Shown here in pieces: positions 29,876-38,136 of a stretch of DNA of 64,000 nucleotides. Numbering within the stretch: the first letter of the stretch is position 1; each line of letters begins with the position of its first letter. Under the pieces are notes generated by a model. It ran no database searches. It saw only the letters and a program-made list of their open reading frames with translations, and was not told the DNA's origin. Origin of the DNA: a virus. A program made the translations under genes and the position numbers. The stretch lies in the IMG/VR virus record IMGVR_UViG_3300035183_000720, positions 3,144 through 67,143 of that record. One strand, written 5' to 3'.

Positions 29876-30768
29876 TGTTAAGTTTCAAAGAATTCATTGA
29901 AGAACAAGTTGCGCCGACAACCAGACAAGGAATCACTCATCTTCAGGACATGAAACCTGAAGAGTTTATATCTTGGATCAAGGAAGTTAAAGCAGCAGGA
30001 GGAATTCTTTCGAATTACAAAGTCGTAATGAAAATTGATGGGCTTGGTGCTCGTTTCGGTAAAGCAAAAGATGGTAGACCATTCTTTGAAGGTAGTAGAA
30101 CAGGACCGATTTTCGATTCAGGGGCATTCAGCGCTTATGCCTTAGCAAAAGGAGCTTCTGAAGAGATCTTATTGCGCGCGAAACATTATGATGATATGCT
30201 TGAAATTATAAAGAATGCTGAGTTCATGAAAGTGATCCCTAATGACACGAAAATTGTTTGTGAAATATTTTATAATCCTATGGCTCATGAAGATGAAGAT
30301 GGAATTACTTTCGTGACGGTAAAATATGATAAAAGTAAACTCGGCAAACTTATGAGCATCATGCCCTATACTGTCTTACAAGCCAGTACGGGATTGGATC
30401 ATCCACAGAAACAAGAAATTTTGGATGCTCTTTATAAACAAAGCAATGATAAAATTCGTATCATAGATCCGAATTTGAAGATGCATAGTATTGACATCAA
30501 CGGCATCATCGATACCGTACATACTCTCGATGATGATGCTCTCAGAATACTTAAAAGCAGAAAAGCTTCTGACCGAGAAGCAAGACAAAATATTCTAGCT
30601 ATCATTCAGAAAGCAAAAGATGGATTAGCCAAGTACTTGCTTGCTCATCCTGGCATCGAAGGTAAATTTAAACTCGGGCCGAATATCGAAGGTATCGTCA
30701 TACACATTAATAATAAGCCGTACAAGATCACGACTGATGAATTCAAAGCTAGCAAAAGGAAAGCTTGA
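29875..30768 (+). CDS. Ligase-like (KxDG) covalent nucleotidyltransferase with capsid-targeting-like N-terminus
   Basis: KIDG, CEIF, EGIVI, YKIT resemble ligase motifs I/III/IV/V; starts MLSFKEFIEE. Confidence 0.6.
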   Translation: MLSFKEFIEEQVAPTTRQGITHLQDMKPEEFISWIKEVKAAGGILSNYKVVMKIDGLGARFGKAKDGRPFFEGSRTGPIFDSGAFSAYALAKGASEEILLRAKHYDDMLEIIKNAEFMKVIPNDTKIVCEIFYNPMAHEDEDGITFVTVKYDKSKLGKLMSIMPYTVLQASTGLDHPQKQEILDALYKQSNDKIRIIDPNLKMHSIDINGIIDTVHTLDDDALRILKSRKASDREARQNILAIIQKAKDGLAKYLLAHPGIEGKFKLGPNIEGIVIHINNKPYKITTDEFKASKRKA

Positions 30769-31472
30769 TGGAAGAGAAGAAAGAATATCCGAAACCTGGA
30801 TCCAAGAAAGTCCAGCTCTTTATAGGTCGAATGCAGCCCGTCCATCTGGGCCATAAGAAGATTATTGACAGTATGACTAATCCCGTGATTGTTATTGTGA
30901 AAGGTGAAAAGTCTAGCGAAGATCGCCTCAGAAATCCATTCAGCGCAGAATATCAGGTTAAACTCATCAAAAAGATTGCTCCTCAGGCAGAAATTATTAC
31001 CGCGTCTAGTGGTTACCTCCCGAAAATAATGGCGCAACTTCGTGAAAAAGGCATGGAAGTAGATACGGTTTATGCGGGAGCAGATCGAATTGCAGGTTAC
31101 AAGAAACAAGTTGAAAGCGCTAATGCCAAGATGGATCCTGAATACAGATATAATGTTAAGTTCAAAGAAACTGATAGGGTGACAAGTGCAACAGCAGTCC
31201 GCGATGCTATTCGCGCGGGTGATGAGCAAGAATTTAGGAAACTCATGCCAAAAGAACTTTGGGGAGAATTTGAAACCATGAAGGAAATACTTAGTGAGTC
31301 TTTCAATTTTGATTTGTTGTCATTTGAAGAATGGTTGAACGAAGAAGGCGAAGGTCCTGCACTGAACGCATCGGATCAGATAGCCCAGAAAGATCAACCT
31401 CTCGGGATTAAAAAGAAGAAAAAGAAGAATGAAGAAGATGAATGCGAGGAGGATGAATCTGAATCTGAGTAA
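30765..31472 (+). CDS. HxGH nucleotidyltransferase (NMNAT/cytidylyltransferase-like)
   Basis: GRMQPVHLGH, RNPFS, AGADR, TSATAVR. Confidence 0.85.
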   Translation: MMEEKKEYPKPGSKKVQLFIGRMQPVHLGHKKIIDSMTNPVIVIVKGEKSSEDRLRNPFSAEYQVKLIKKIAPQAEIITASSGYLPKIMAQLREKGMEVDTVYAGADRIAGYKKQVESANAKMDPEYRYNVKFKETDRVTSATAVRDAIRAGDEQEFRKLMPKELWGEFETMKEILSESFNFDLLSFEEWLNEEGEGPALNASDQIAQKDQPLGIKKKKKKNEEDECEEDESESE

Positions 31473-31486
31473 CATGAGGATTTGAT

Positions 31487-32254
31487 ATGGCATTACCTAC
31501 CGTAAAATATCCGACTTTTGAGCTGACTGTTCCAAGTACTAAAAAGAAAATTAAGTTTCGTCCTTTTTTAGTCAGAGAACATAAGTTATTATTACAAGCC
31601 ATTGAACTAAATGATAGCGCCAATTTCATCAACACAATTTACAAAATAATTGAAGCTTGCACTTTTGGGAAGGTTGATGTTGAAAATCTTGCAATGTATG
31701 ATATTGATTACATTTTCTTAATGCTTCGCGCCCGCAGTATTGGTGAATTGGTTCCTGTTGAATATAAATGCATAGCTGAAGTCAAAAAGACGAATGAAGA
31801 TGGTGAAGAAATTACTGAAACTTGTAACAATAAAGTTCGTCTGAATCTTGATCTGAACCAAGTGGAAGTTCATATTCCTGAAGGATATGAAAAGAATCGT
31901 ATCATTATGATAGGTCCTGATATGGGACTTAAATTACGAGCTCCGACTTTTGCACAATTTAAAGAACTGAGTAAAATTGAAAACGTCGGGGGTTTATTTG
32001 ACGTCACAGAAGCTTTCATCTATAGTTGCACAGAGTGCGTTTTTGATGGAGATAAGATTTTTGTTCCTGGAAAAGATTTTACGCAACAAGAGTTATCAGA
32101 GTTCATAGAAAATTTACATGGCGATGCAATTGATAAGATCAATGAATTTTTTGCTGATATGCCTTATGTAGCATTAAACATACATGTTCGTTGCCCCAAA
32201 TGTGGCAATGAAGATGATATGGAAATCAGAGGCTTAGAGGATTTTTTCGTGTGA
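31487..32254 (+). CDS. Baseplate hub assembly protein (gp26/gp51-like)
   Basis: MALP..P.F.L.VPS, FRPFLVRE, LRARSIGE, CPKCG, GLEDFF. Confidence 0.85.
   Translation: MALPTVKYPTFELTVPSTKKKIKFRPFLVREHKLLLQAIELNDSANFINTIYKIIEACTFGKVDVENLAMYDIDYIFLMLRARSIGELVPVEYKCIAEVKKTNEDGEEITETCNNKVRLNLDLNQVEVHIPEGYEKNRIIMIGPDMGLKLRAPTFAQFKELSKIENVGGLFDVTEAFIYSCTECVFDGDKIFVPGKDFTQQELSEFIENLHGDAIDKINEFFADMPYVALNIHVRCPKCGNEDDMEIRGLEDFFV
32242..32248 (+). other. Candidate -1 frameshift slippery heptamer T TTT TTC
   Basis: In-frame X XXY YYZ; -1 frame is open into ORF 32254-32427. Confidence 0.6.
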
Positions 32255-32427
32255 TGATTGGTAATGGCGAGCTGCTTGATCTCATGAAGAGTAATTTTTT
32301 GCTAATGAATGAACATCATTTCAGCTTGTCAGAGATCGAAGATATGGTACCATACGAACGAGAAATTTACATCATGTTGCTTTTAGATCACCTGGAACTT
32401 AAGAAAAAAGCAGCACAGCAGAAGTAG
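32254..32427 (+). CDS. Small gp51-like hub assembly protein (57 aa, absent from ORF track)
   Basis: NFLLMNEHHFSLSEIEDMVPYEREIYIMLL. Confidence 0.8.
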   Translation: MIGNGELLDLMKSNFLLMNEHHFSLSEIEDMVPYEREIYIMLLLDHLELKKKAAQQK

Positions 32428-32429
32428 AC

Positions 32430-35213
32430 ATGTTACCTGTATTTTTAGCCGCAGCCAGAACAATTGCTCGTAGTGCTAGTATTTCTCGCGCCATCAATGG
32501 AATCAAAACTGGTAATTTAAGAGAAATTGCTAGAAAAGTTAGACGAGAAGCCCCTGAGGCGGTTTGGCGCTCAGCGGGCGGTAATCAAGTGCCTGTGTTG
32601 GATGCCATATTCAATAAATGGAATAAGAGAAGGATTTCTCGTCTTGATGAAATGGAAGGTGATGATACCGCAGAAAACAAGAAAGTTAAAGCAGATGATG
32701 CTAAATTTGAGCGCGAGATAAATCGCGAACGGGCGGTTAATAGAAAAATACAAGAAGAAATCTTGAGAAAAGAAGAAGCAGATAGAGTCGCGGCGGCCCA
32801 TGAAGCTGCCCATCAGAGAGCTATTGCGGCGACTTTAGGTAGAGAAGAAGTCAGCTATCTTCAGCGGATTAGTTATGACATCGCGCAATTGAAAGAGTAC
32901 ATGCTCAAACATGGAATGTGCTGTGATTCTGGTGATGAGGATAAAAAATCAAACGGATTATTTAAAGGGTTGCTCAGTATTTTACCTTCAGGGCTCCCAT
33001 CTCTTGGTAAGAAAATTTTAGGGGCTTTTGGAGGAAGAATAAGTACCATTAAAAACATTGGTAGTAAAGCAATTGATCTGGTCGGAGCTGGTGGAAGGAG
33101 AATCGCTGGGGCTGCTAAAAATTCTGTGCCTAAAATTAAAAGATTTCTGGGAGGCATAACTGGGTCGATAGGAAAATCGATAAAAGGATTAAAAACAGGC
33201 GCAGCGGATGTGGTCGCCCATGGGGGTATGCTAGAAGGAGCAAAGAATGCATCTTCTGGTGTATTAAAAGGCGTAGGAGCTGTAGGTAGAACTGCTGGTG
33301 CCGCCAAAAATATTGCCTCTTCACTCTTGGGTGTTGTCGCAGATTTTGAGAATCCTATTGAAGCGGTCCAATCTGCGGCAACGACTGGTTGGGAAATTGG
33401 CAAATGGCTCAATGAAAGCATGGAAGGGACGGAAGTTGGTAGGATCAAGGATGCGATTTTCAATAAAATCTTTTCGACTATAGATGTTTTAACTGGTGGC
33501 GGAATCAGTGGAAATAAAGATATTGCTAAACAGCTTCAGGGAGAAAGTTTTCTTGGTGAATCTACTGCAAGTACGGAACAGAAAGTTTCAGACGCACAGG
33601 CAGCTGGTGATATTAAACAGAAAGTAGCCAGTACTGTCGCTAGTGCTGTTGCACAAAAAATGGTTGATATTGCTGCGCAAAAAGTAGCGGGCGTTATTAT
33701 TCCATCTTCAGATAATGTTACAAAAAAAGTAGTTGATATTATTTCTCCAGTCGCTGATGATGCTAAACAGAAAGTGGCTGATACTATTGCCCCATCTATT
33801 GGTGATGCTCTAATGAAGGTAGTTGATACTATTGTGCCGTCTGCAGGGGCCGCAGAAGTTGACGAAAAGATAGAAAAGCAAAAGTTTCAGAGAATTGAAT
33901 TACAGAAGTTCGATAGAATGGAAAAGATTGATAAAGATTTGATTGCTGCTATCAATGCTAATAATGAAAAATTAGATCAGACGAATGAATCTTTAGAAAT
34001 TATTAGTAGTGATAACTGGCTTGAAAAATTAGGGGATAATCTAAAAAATGGAATGGGTTTCCTAGCAAGTCGATTCAGTGAAAGGTTGAGAAGCGGCGCT
34101 CAAAAATTAGAGGAATGGGGAAGAAAACTCCAAGAAGGTACTGGTACTGGAGTCGCTCAGAGATTGAAAAGATTTGTAGGCGGAGTTGCTGAAAAAGTTG
34201 GTTCTGGTTTAGAATCTACTGCTATGAAAGCAGGTGAAATTGGTTATGATTTGCAGAAAGGAAGTAAAAATCAACTTGAATTGGCGAGATCATTCCAAGG
34301 TAGTAAAACTATAAAGGGCTTAACACCCGAGCAAACGAAAGCTTACGCCGGTAATGTAGCGGCTACTGAAAGTGGCGGGAAAGTAGACATAGTAAATTCA
34401 TTTGGTTTTATGGGGCAATATCAGTTTGGCGCGGATGCTTTAGCTGATCTTGGGTTCATAGATAAAGAGAAACTTGCTAGAGCAAAAGCCGAGGCTAGAG
34501 CTGCAGGTAAGGATTGGTATAAGAGTGGCTTACATAAAAGATTCTTAGAAGATCCTAGCAATTGGATTAACAAGGGTGGCCGTGAAGCTTTCATAAAAAA
34601 TAAAAAAATTCAGGATGATCTCTTCGTCGAGTATACAAACAGAAATATTGAAGCAGGATTTAAAAGCGGTGCACTTACCAAAGAAAGTACTCCTGAACAA
34701 GTAGTTGCTTATGCCAAAGCGGCGCATCTAAAAGGAGTCGGAGGGGCTAACAATTACTTCTTACGGGGAATAGATAGTGCAGATGCTTATGGCACTACGG
34801 TCAGTAAGTATGCGAAGGATGCCGCTGAAAATGTAATAGCCTTGAGCAGACAAGTTAATGTTCAGCCAGTTACAAATAAAGCTGAAATGAGCATATTTCC
34901 CCTCACTCATGATAATTCTTTAGCGACATCTGGTAAGATTGAGATGGCCTCAGCCAATGATTTGACAAGACTGATGCCTGTCTCTCAAGCAAATATTGGG
35001 GATGTTGTCAGTTTACAAACGATGGAAACAAGAAAGGCTGAACAACAAAGTCTTCAGCCTGTTGTTATCAATGCTGGTGGGTCAGCTCCAGCGCCTGTGG
35101 TTGTTCCGACAAATAAAGTATCTAATACTGGATCTGCACCTATGGTCACTCGCAATCAAGACAGTAGCATTCGCCGCGTCACCGATGCATTGATGAGCTA
35201 CGGTTTGTCTTGA
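32430..35213 (+). CDS. Tape measure / baseplate hub protein with lysozyme-like domain
   Basis: Long Ala/Gly-rich helical protein after hub genes; TESGG..NSFGFMGQYQFG..AAHLKG. Confidence 0.75.
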   Translation: MLPVFLAAARTIARSASISRAINGIKTGNLREIARKVRREAPEAVWRSAGGNQVPVLDAIFNKWNKRRISRLDEMEGDDTAENKKVKADDAKFEREINRERAVNRKIQEEILRKEEADRVAAAHEAAHQRAIAATLGREEVSYLQRISYDIAQLKEYMLKHGMCCDSGDEDKKSNGLFKGLLSILPSGLPSLGKKILGAFGGRISTIKNIGSKAIDLVGAGGRRIAGAAKNSVPKIKRFLGGITGSIGKSIKGLKTGAADVVAHGGMLEGAKNASSGVLKGVGAVGRTAGAAKNIASSLLGVVADFENPIEAVQSAATTGWEIGKWLNESMEGTEVGRIKDAIFNKIFSTIDVLTGGGISGNKDIAKQLQGESFLGESTASTEQKVSDAQAAGDIKQKVASTVASAVAQKMVDIAAQKVAGVIIPSSDNVTKKVVDIISPVADDAKQKVADTIAPSIGDALMKVVDTIVPSAGAAEVDEKIEKQKFQRIELQKFDRMEKIDKDLIAAINANNEKLDQTNESLEIISSDNWLEKLGDNLKNGMGFLASRFSERLRSGAQKLEEWGRKLQEGTGTGVAQRLKRFVGGVAEKVGSGLESTAMKAGEIGYDLQKGSKNQLELARSFQGSKTIKGLTPEQTKAYAGNVAATESGGKVDIVNSFGFMGQYQFGADALADLGFIDKEKLARAKAEARAAGKDWYKSGLHKRFLEDPSNWINKGGREAFIKNKKIQDDLFVEYTNRNIEAGFKSGALTKESTPEQVVAYAKAAHLKGVGGANNYFLRGIDSADAYGTTVSKYAKDAAENVIALSRQVNVQPVTNKAEMSIFPLTHDNSLATSGKIEMASANDLTRLMPVSQANIGDVVSLQTMETRKAEQQSLQPVVINAGGSAPAPVVVPTNKVSNTGSAPMVTRNQDSSIRRVTDALMSYGLS

Positions 35214-35719
35214 CTATACTTGTCGAGTAGCTCTTTCACTTCTTTTGCCCAGGACTTGCAAAGATTAAGCTGTTCGACTACTGTGTCTGCTCGAGCGGCT
35301 TCAGAGAGAAGAAATCTACTAGCCTCTTCAGAAAGTTCGGTTCCTGTTCCTCCTGTAGTACTGGCGGTAGAGGAGGAATCTGTGGAAGAGGTGTTTTGAC
35401 AACTCGAACGGGAGCCTGGATCGCGCAGCCTGTGACCAGCGCTGATAGCAGAATTGTACTTATTAAGTAATGCTTTGGTGCGTTTTTCGTTTTCAGCATA
35501 GGCCAGTTCTAGTTTATCTCTAGTTGTAAGAAGTTCATGTTCAACTTGTGTGGCACGTTCTCTTTCTTGTTGTAAAGCTTCATTAGCTATTCGTTCAATT
35601 TCAGCAATCCTTTGTGCGTATATAGCATCTTTGTACTTTGCGGTGAAATGAATTGAGATAGCGCTGCTAGCAGCCGCCGCAGCAATTGTTGCTAATGCGA
35701 TTATTCTAACGTCGAACAT
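35198..35719 (-). CDS. Inner-membrane spanin (Rz-like)
   Basis: N-terminal TM, coiled coil, RLRDP, ADTVVEQLNLCKSW. Confidence 0.85.
   Translation of the reverse strand: MFDVRIIALATIAAAAASSAISIHFTAKYKDAIYAQRIAEIERIANEALQQERERATQVEHELLTTRDKLELAYAENEKRTKALLNKYNSAISAGHRLRDPGSRSSCQNTSSTDSSSTASTTGGTGTELSEEASRFLLSEAARADTVVEQLNLCKSWAKEVKELLDKYSQDKP
35278..35499 (-). CDS. Outer-membrane lipoprotein spanin (Rz1-like), embedded in Rz
   Basis: Signal peptide with lipobox LVTG-C, Pro-rich mature region, alternative frame inside Rz. Confidence 0.82.
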   Translation of the reverse strand: MLKTKNAPKHYLISTILLSALVTGCAIQAPVRVVKTPLPQIPPLPPVLQEEQEPNFLKRLVDFFSLKPLEQTQ

Positions 35720-35817
35720 CTTTGCTCACCAGGTGGTATCTCTTTGCAGTATCGTTTAAAATATCATCGACGATTCTGTTTGATTCAGTTTCATCATCCC
35801 AAAGGCAATAGCATCCG
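35706..35817 (-). pseudogene. Orphaned 3' end of gene 37259-37666
   Basis: Translates GCYCLWDDETESNRIVDDILNDTAKRYHLVSKDVRR*; 35732-35817 matches 37294-37379 at 78/86 nt. Confidence 0.85.
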
Positions 35818-35930
35818 TCGTATCACGGATGCAATAATGAGTTATGGATTATCTTGATTTGCTTGGTATTTATCCAGTAGATTCTTCACTTCTTTTACCC
35901 AAGCCTTACACAGAGGTTGAACTGCTCGAC
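35806..35930. pseudogene. Diverged duplicate of tape-measure 3' end and Rz 3' end
   Basis: + strand SIRRITDAIMSYGLS* versus SIRRVTDALMSYGLS*; - strand VEQFNLC/KAWVKEVKNLLDKY versus VEQLNLCKSWAKEVKELLDKY (35162-35278). Confidence 0.85.
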
Positions 35931-35988
35931 AAATATAATCAGAATGATCATTGAACAAATTTGAAGAATTCTAGCAATTAACATAGAA

Positions 35989-35996
35989 CATAAATA
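35989..35996 (+). promoter_or_regulatory. Late promoter (CATAAATA) before tnpB
   Basis: TAAATA ends 5 nt before ATG; no obvious RBS. Confidence 0.5.
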
Positions 35997-36001
35997 ACAT
36001 C

Positions 36002-37258
36002 ATGAAACAACTCTGCGCTTACAAATACCGAATTTATCCGACGGAAGAACAACAAGTTCTTCTGTCTAAAACCTTTGGTTGTAAGCGCATGATCTATAAT
36101 TATTATCTCGAAGTACAGCAAACCAGATTCAAAAATAAAGAACCTCTGTTAAGTCATTTCGACATTAATAGGGATATCACTAAACTGAAAAAAGAAAAGG
36201 AATGGCTGCGTGAAGTTGACTCAAATGCCCTATTAGCGGCAGCAGCAGATTTATGGTCCGCTTTTAATAATTTCTTCAAGTCGATCAAAGGTAGGAGAAA
36301 AGGTCCAAAGGTATCTCCTCCAAAGTTTAAGACTAAGAAATCTCGCCAGTCGTATCGAACAGAATATGTTCATATCAATGATGACGGAACAATACATATT
36401 CCAAAACTGAAAGCCGTCAAAGCAGTTATTCACAGAAAAATTCCAGAAGGCTCGATAATCAAATCAGCCACGATTTCAAAAGACCCAGATGGAAGATACT
36501 ATGCGTCAATTCTGGTTGAAACAGAAGTAGCTTTAAAACCGATGACAGGTAGAGAAGTTGGTTGTGATCTGGGTCTCAAGGATTTATTCATCATGTCGAA
36601 CGGATTGAAATTCAAGAAGCCTGATGATTTACCGAACATTGCGAGAACCAAGCAATTGTTGAAATTGAGACAAAAACAGTTCGCGAGAACTGTCAAAGGC
36701 AGCAAAAATCATGAATCTCTGAGGCTTCGAGTAGCACGTTTGTACTCGAAATTAACAAGACAAAGAAATGAGTATTACCATTTGATTAGTAGATTCTTAG
36801 TTGATAATTATGATTCCATCTATCTTGAAGACTTGTCGAGTAAGAACATGCTACAAAACAAGAAGCTGAGTAGGGCAATTCATGAAGTAGCATGGTCAAC
36901 CTTAGTGAGAATGATCGAATACAAATCGTCCTGGTATGGTCGAACATTCCATAAGATTGATCGTTGGTATCCGTCAAGCAAGACTTGTTCTTGTTGCGGT
37001 CATGTACTTGAGAAATTAGATCTCGACATAAGAAAATGGACTTGCCCTGCTTGTAATGAACACCATGATCGAGATGTCAATGCTGCCAAGAACATTCTCC
37101 GTATCGGTCAAACAGACTGCTACGGAGGACCTATGAAGTCGCAGACGACAGGCGACTTGGGACTAGAAATCCCAATGGCCCTTCAGAAAATGATCGTTAA
37201 AACCGAGAGGTCTGGCGTATCTTCGCCAGTTGATCATGGGAGGGGGCAAGCTGCATGA
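36002..37258 (+). CDS. tnpB: RNA-guided endonuclease TnpB
   Basis: AYKYRIYP HTH, RuvC GCDLG / LEDL / DRDVNAAKNI, CSCC..CPAC zinc finger. Confidence 0.96.
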   Translation: MKQLCAYKYRIYPTEEQQVLLSKTFGCKRMIYNYYLEVQQTRFKNKEPLLSHFDINRDITKLKKEKEWLREVDSNALLAAAADLWSAFNNFFKSIKGRRKGPKVSPPKFKTKKSRQSYRTEYVHINDDGTIHIPKLKAVKAVIHRKIPEGSIIKSATISKDPDGRYYASILVETEVALKPMTGREVGCDLGLKDLFIMSNGLKFKKPDDLPNIARTKQLLKLRQKQFARTVKGSKNHESLRLRVARLYSKLTRQRNEYYHLISRFLVDNYDSIYLEDLSSKNMLQNKKLSRAIHEVAWSTLVRMIEYKSSWYGRTFHKIDRWYPSSKTCSCCGHVLEKLDLDIRKWTCPACNEHHDRDVNAAKNILRIGQTDCYGGPMKSQTTGDLGLEIPMALQKMIVKTERSGVSSPVDHGRGQAA

Positions 37259-37666
37259 TTAAAGATCATGTGGTAGTCGGCGAAAAAACCATTGGTGGTA
37301 TCTCTTTGCGGTATCGGCTAATATGTCATCGATGATTCTGTTTGATTCAGTTTCATCCTCCCAAAGGCAATAACATCCGATAAAAAGAAGCATGCTTTTG
37401 GCGACAGAAAATTCATCATCCGACAAGATTATACGAAGTATTTGATTGATTTTTTTGATACCAAAAGTGTTGATTGAAATTATGATATTATTTAAGAGCA
37501 ATTTCTCATTGATCATACCCGTTCTTAAGAAACGGGCAATCATTTTTCGGATGATGAAGAGATTGTATATGTCTTTTTTGAACTCAATTTCATCGGAGAA
37601 ACCATTGATGGCATAACCATCCTTGGCAATTTCTATGATTTTCTTTTTTCTGCCGCGGTTCGCCAT
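37259..37666 (-). CDS. Conserved T4-like hypothetical protein; its last codons come from the tnpB right end
   Basis: EFKKDI..IRKMIARF..G.INEKLLLNNII..NTFG pattern. Confidence 0.75.
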   Translation of the reverse strand: MANRGRKKKIIEIAKDGYAINGFSDEIEFKKDIYNLFIIRKMIARFLRTGMINEKLLLNNIIISINTFGIKKINQILRIILSDDEFSVAKSMLLFIGCYCLWEDETESNRIIDDILADTAKRYHQWFFRRLPHDL

Positions 37667-37948
37667 TTACTGCGCGGTTTTCGAACTTTTTACCCGACGG
37701 CGAGGCTTCTTTTCTGCTTCATCATCATCTGCTTTGGTTTCTACTTCAACTGGAATTTGTTCTGGTTCAGTTTCAGCAACTTCCACAGGAACTTTCCCCT
37801 TATATGGCCGATTAGGTACAAATCCCTCGACTGGATTGGGTAGTCCTCGTACACAGACTAGTACTTCGCCAGTTTTGGGAAGAGCCCAACCGTAAATAGT
37901 AGGAATTGCATCTGGATGTGGTTTTCGAAAACGTCTTTCAGTTGACAT
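37667..37948 (-). CDS. Hypothetical protein
   Basis: AAGGAG RBS; DAIPTIYGW..P.TGEVL. Confidence 0.75.
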   Translation of the reverse strand: MSTERRFRKPHPDAIPTIYGWALPKTGEVLVCVRGLPNPVEGFVPNRPYKGKVPVEVAETEPEQIPVEVETKADDDEAEKKPRRRVKSSKTAQ

Positions 37949-37978
37949 TTGTATTAATCTCCTTTATAATATATTAAC

Positions 37979-38088
37979 ATGAGCTAACACACAGCCAAAG
38001 ACTGCATGTCTTCCGGACTCATCGACTCAGCCACTGCTGACGCCTCCTCCGGTTTTTGTTTAATGTCCGACTTGGCTCCCAAACCAGA
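37979..38088 (-). ncRNA. Orphan TnpB omegaRNA / IS605 right-end-like element, copy A
   Basis: Hairpins, AAACAAAAAC linker, terminal hairpin ending TAGCTCAT; encodes TnpB-tail-like SGLGAKSDIKQK; 72/110 nt identical to 63517-63626. Confidence 0.7.
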
Positions 38089-38094
38089 CGATAT

Positions 38095-38102
38095 TATTTA
38101 TG
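38095..38102 (-). promoter_or_regulatory. Late promoter (CATAAATA) on minus strand
   Basis: Immediately 5' of omegaRNA-like copy A and the leftward genes. Confidence 0.6.
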
Positions 38103-38136
38103 ATAATTTATTCACTATCAGTCGCATCATAATTTA

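Larger units (their letters stand above)
35931..37281 (+). mobile_element. IS200/IS605-family tnpB-only element (ends approximate)
   Basis: tnpB plus right-end hairpin GCATGAT-TAAAG-ATCATGT-GGTAGTCGGC; no tnpA in window. Confidence 0.75.

Noticed and set aside
32230-32254. GLEDFF as another clamp-binding motif
   Set aside because: This is a morphogenesis protein, and the FF codons are explained by the slippery T-run
30645-33463. Long antisense ORFs (30645-31229, 32873-33463) and similar short shadow ORFs across the window
   Set aside because: They lie opposite or inside well-supported genes and show no recognisable motifs
35732-37379. 86-bp direct repeat as a target-site duplication
   Set aside because: It is too long, has 8 mismatches, and IS200/IS605 elements make no TSD; recombination with a relative fits better
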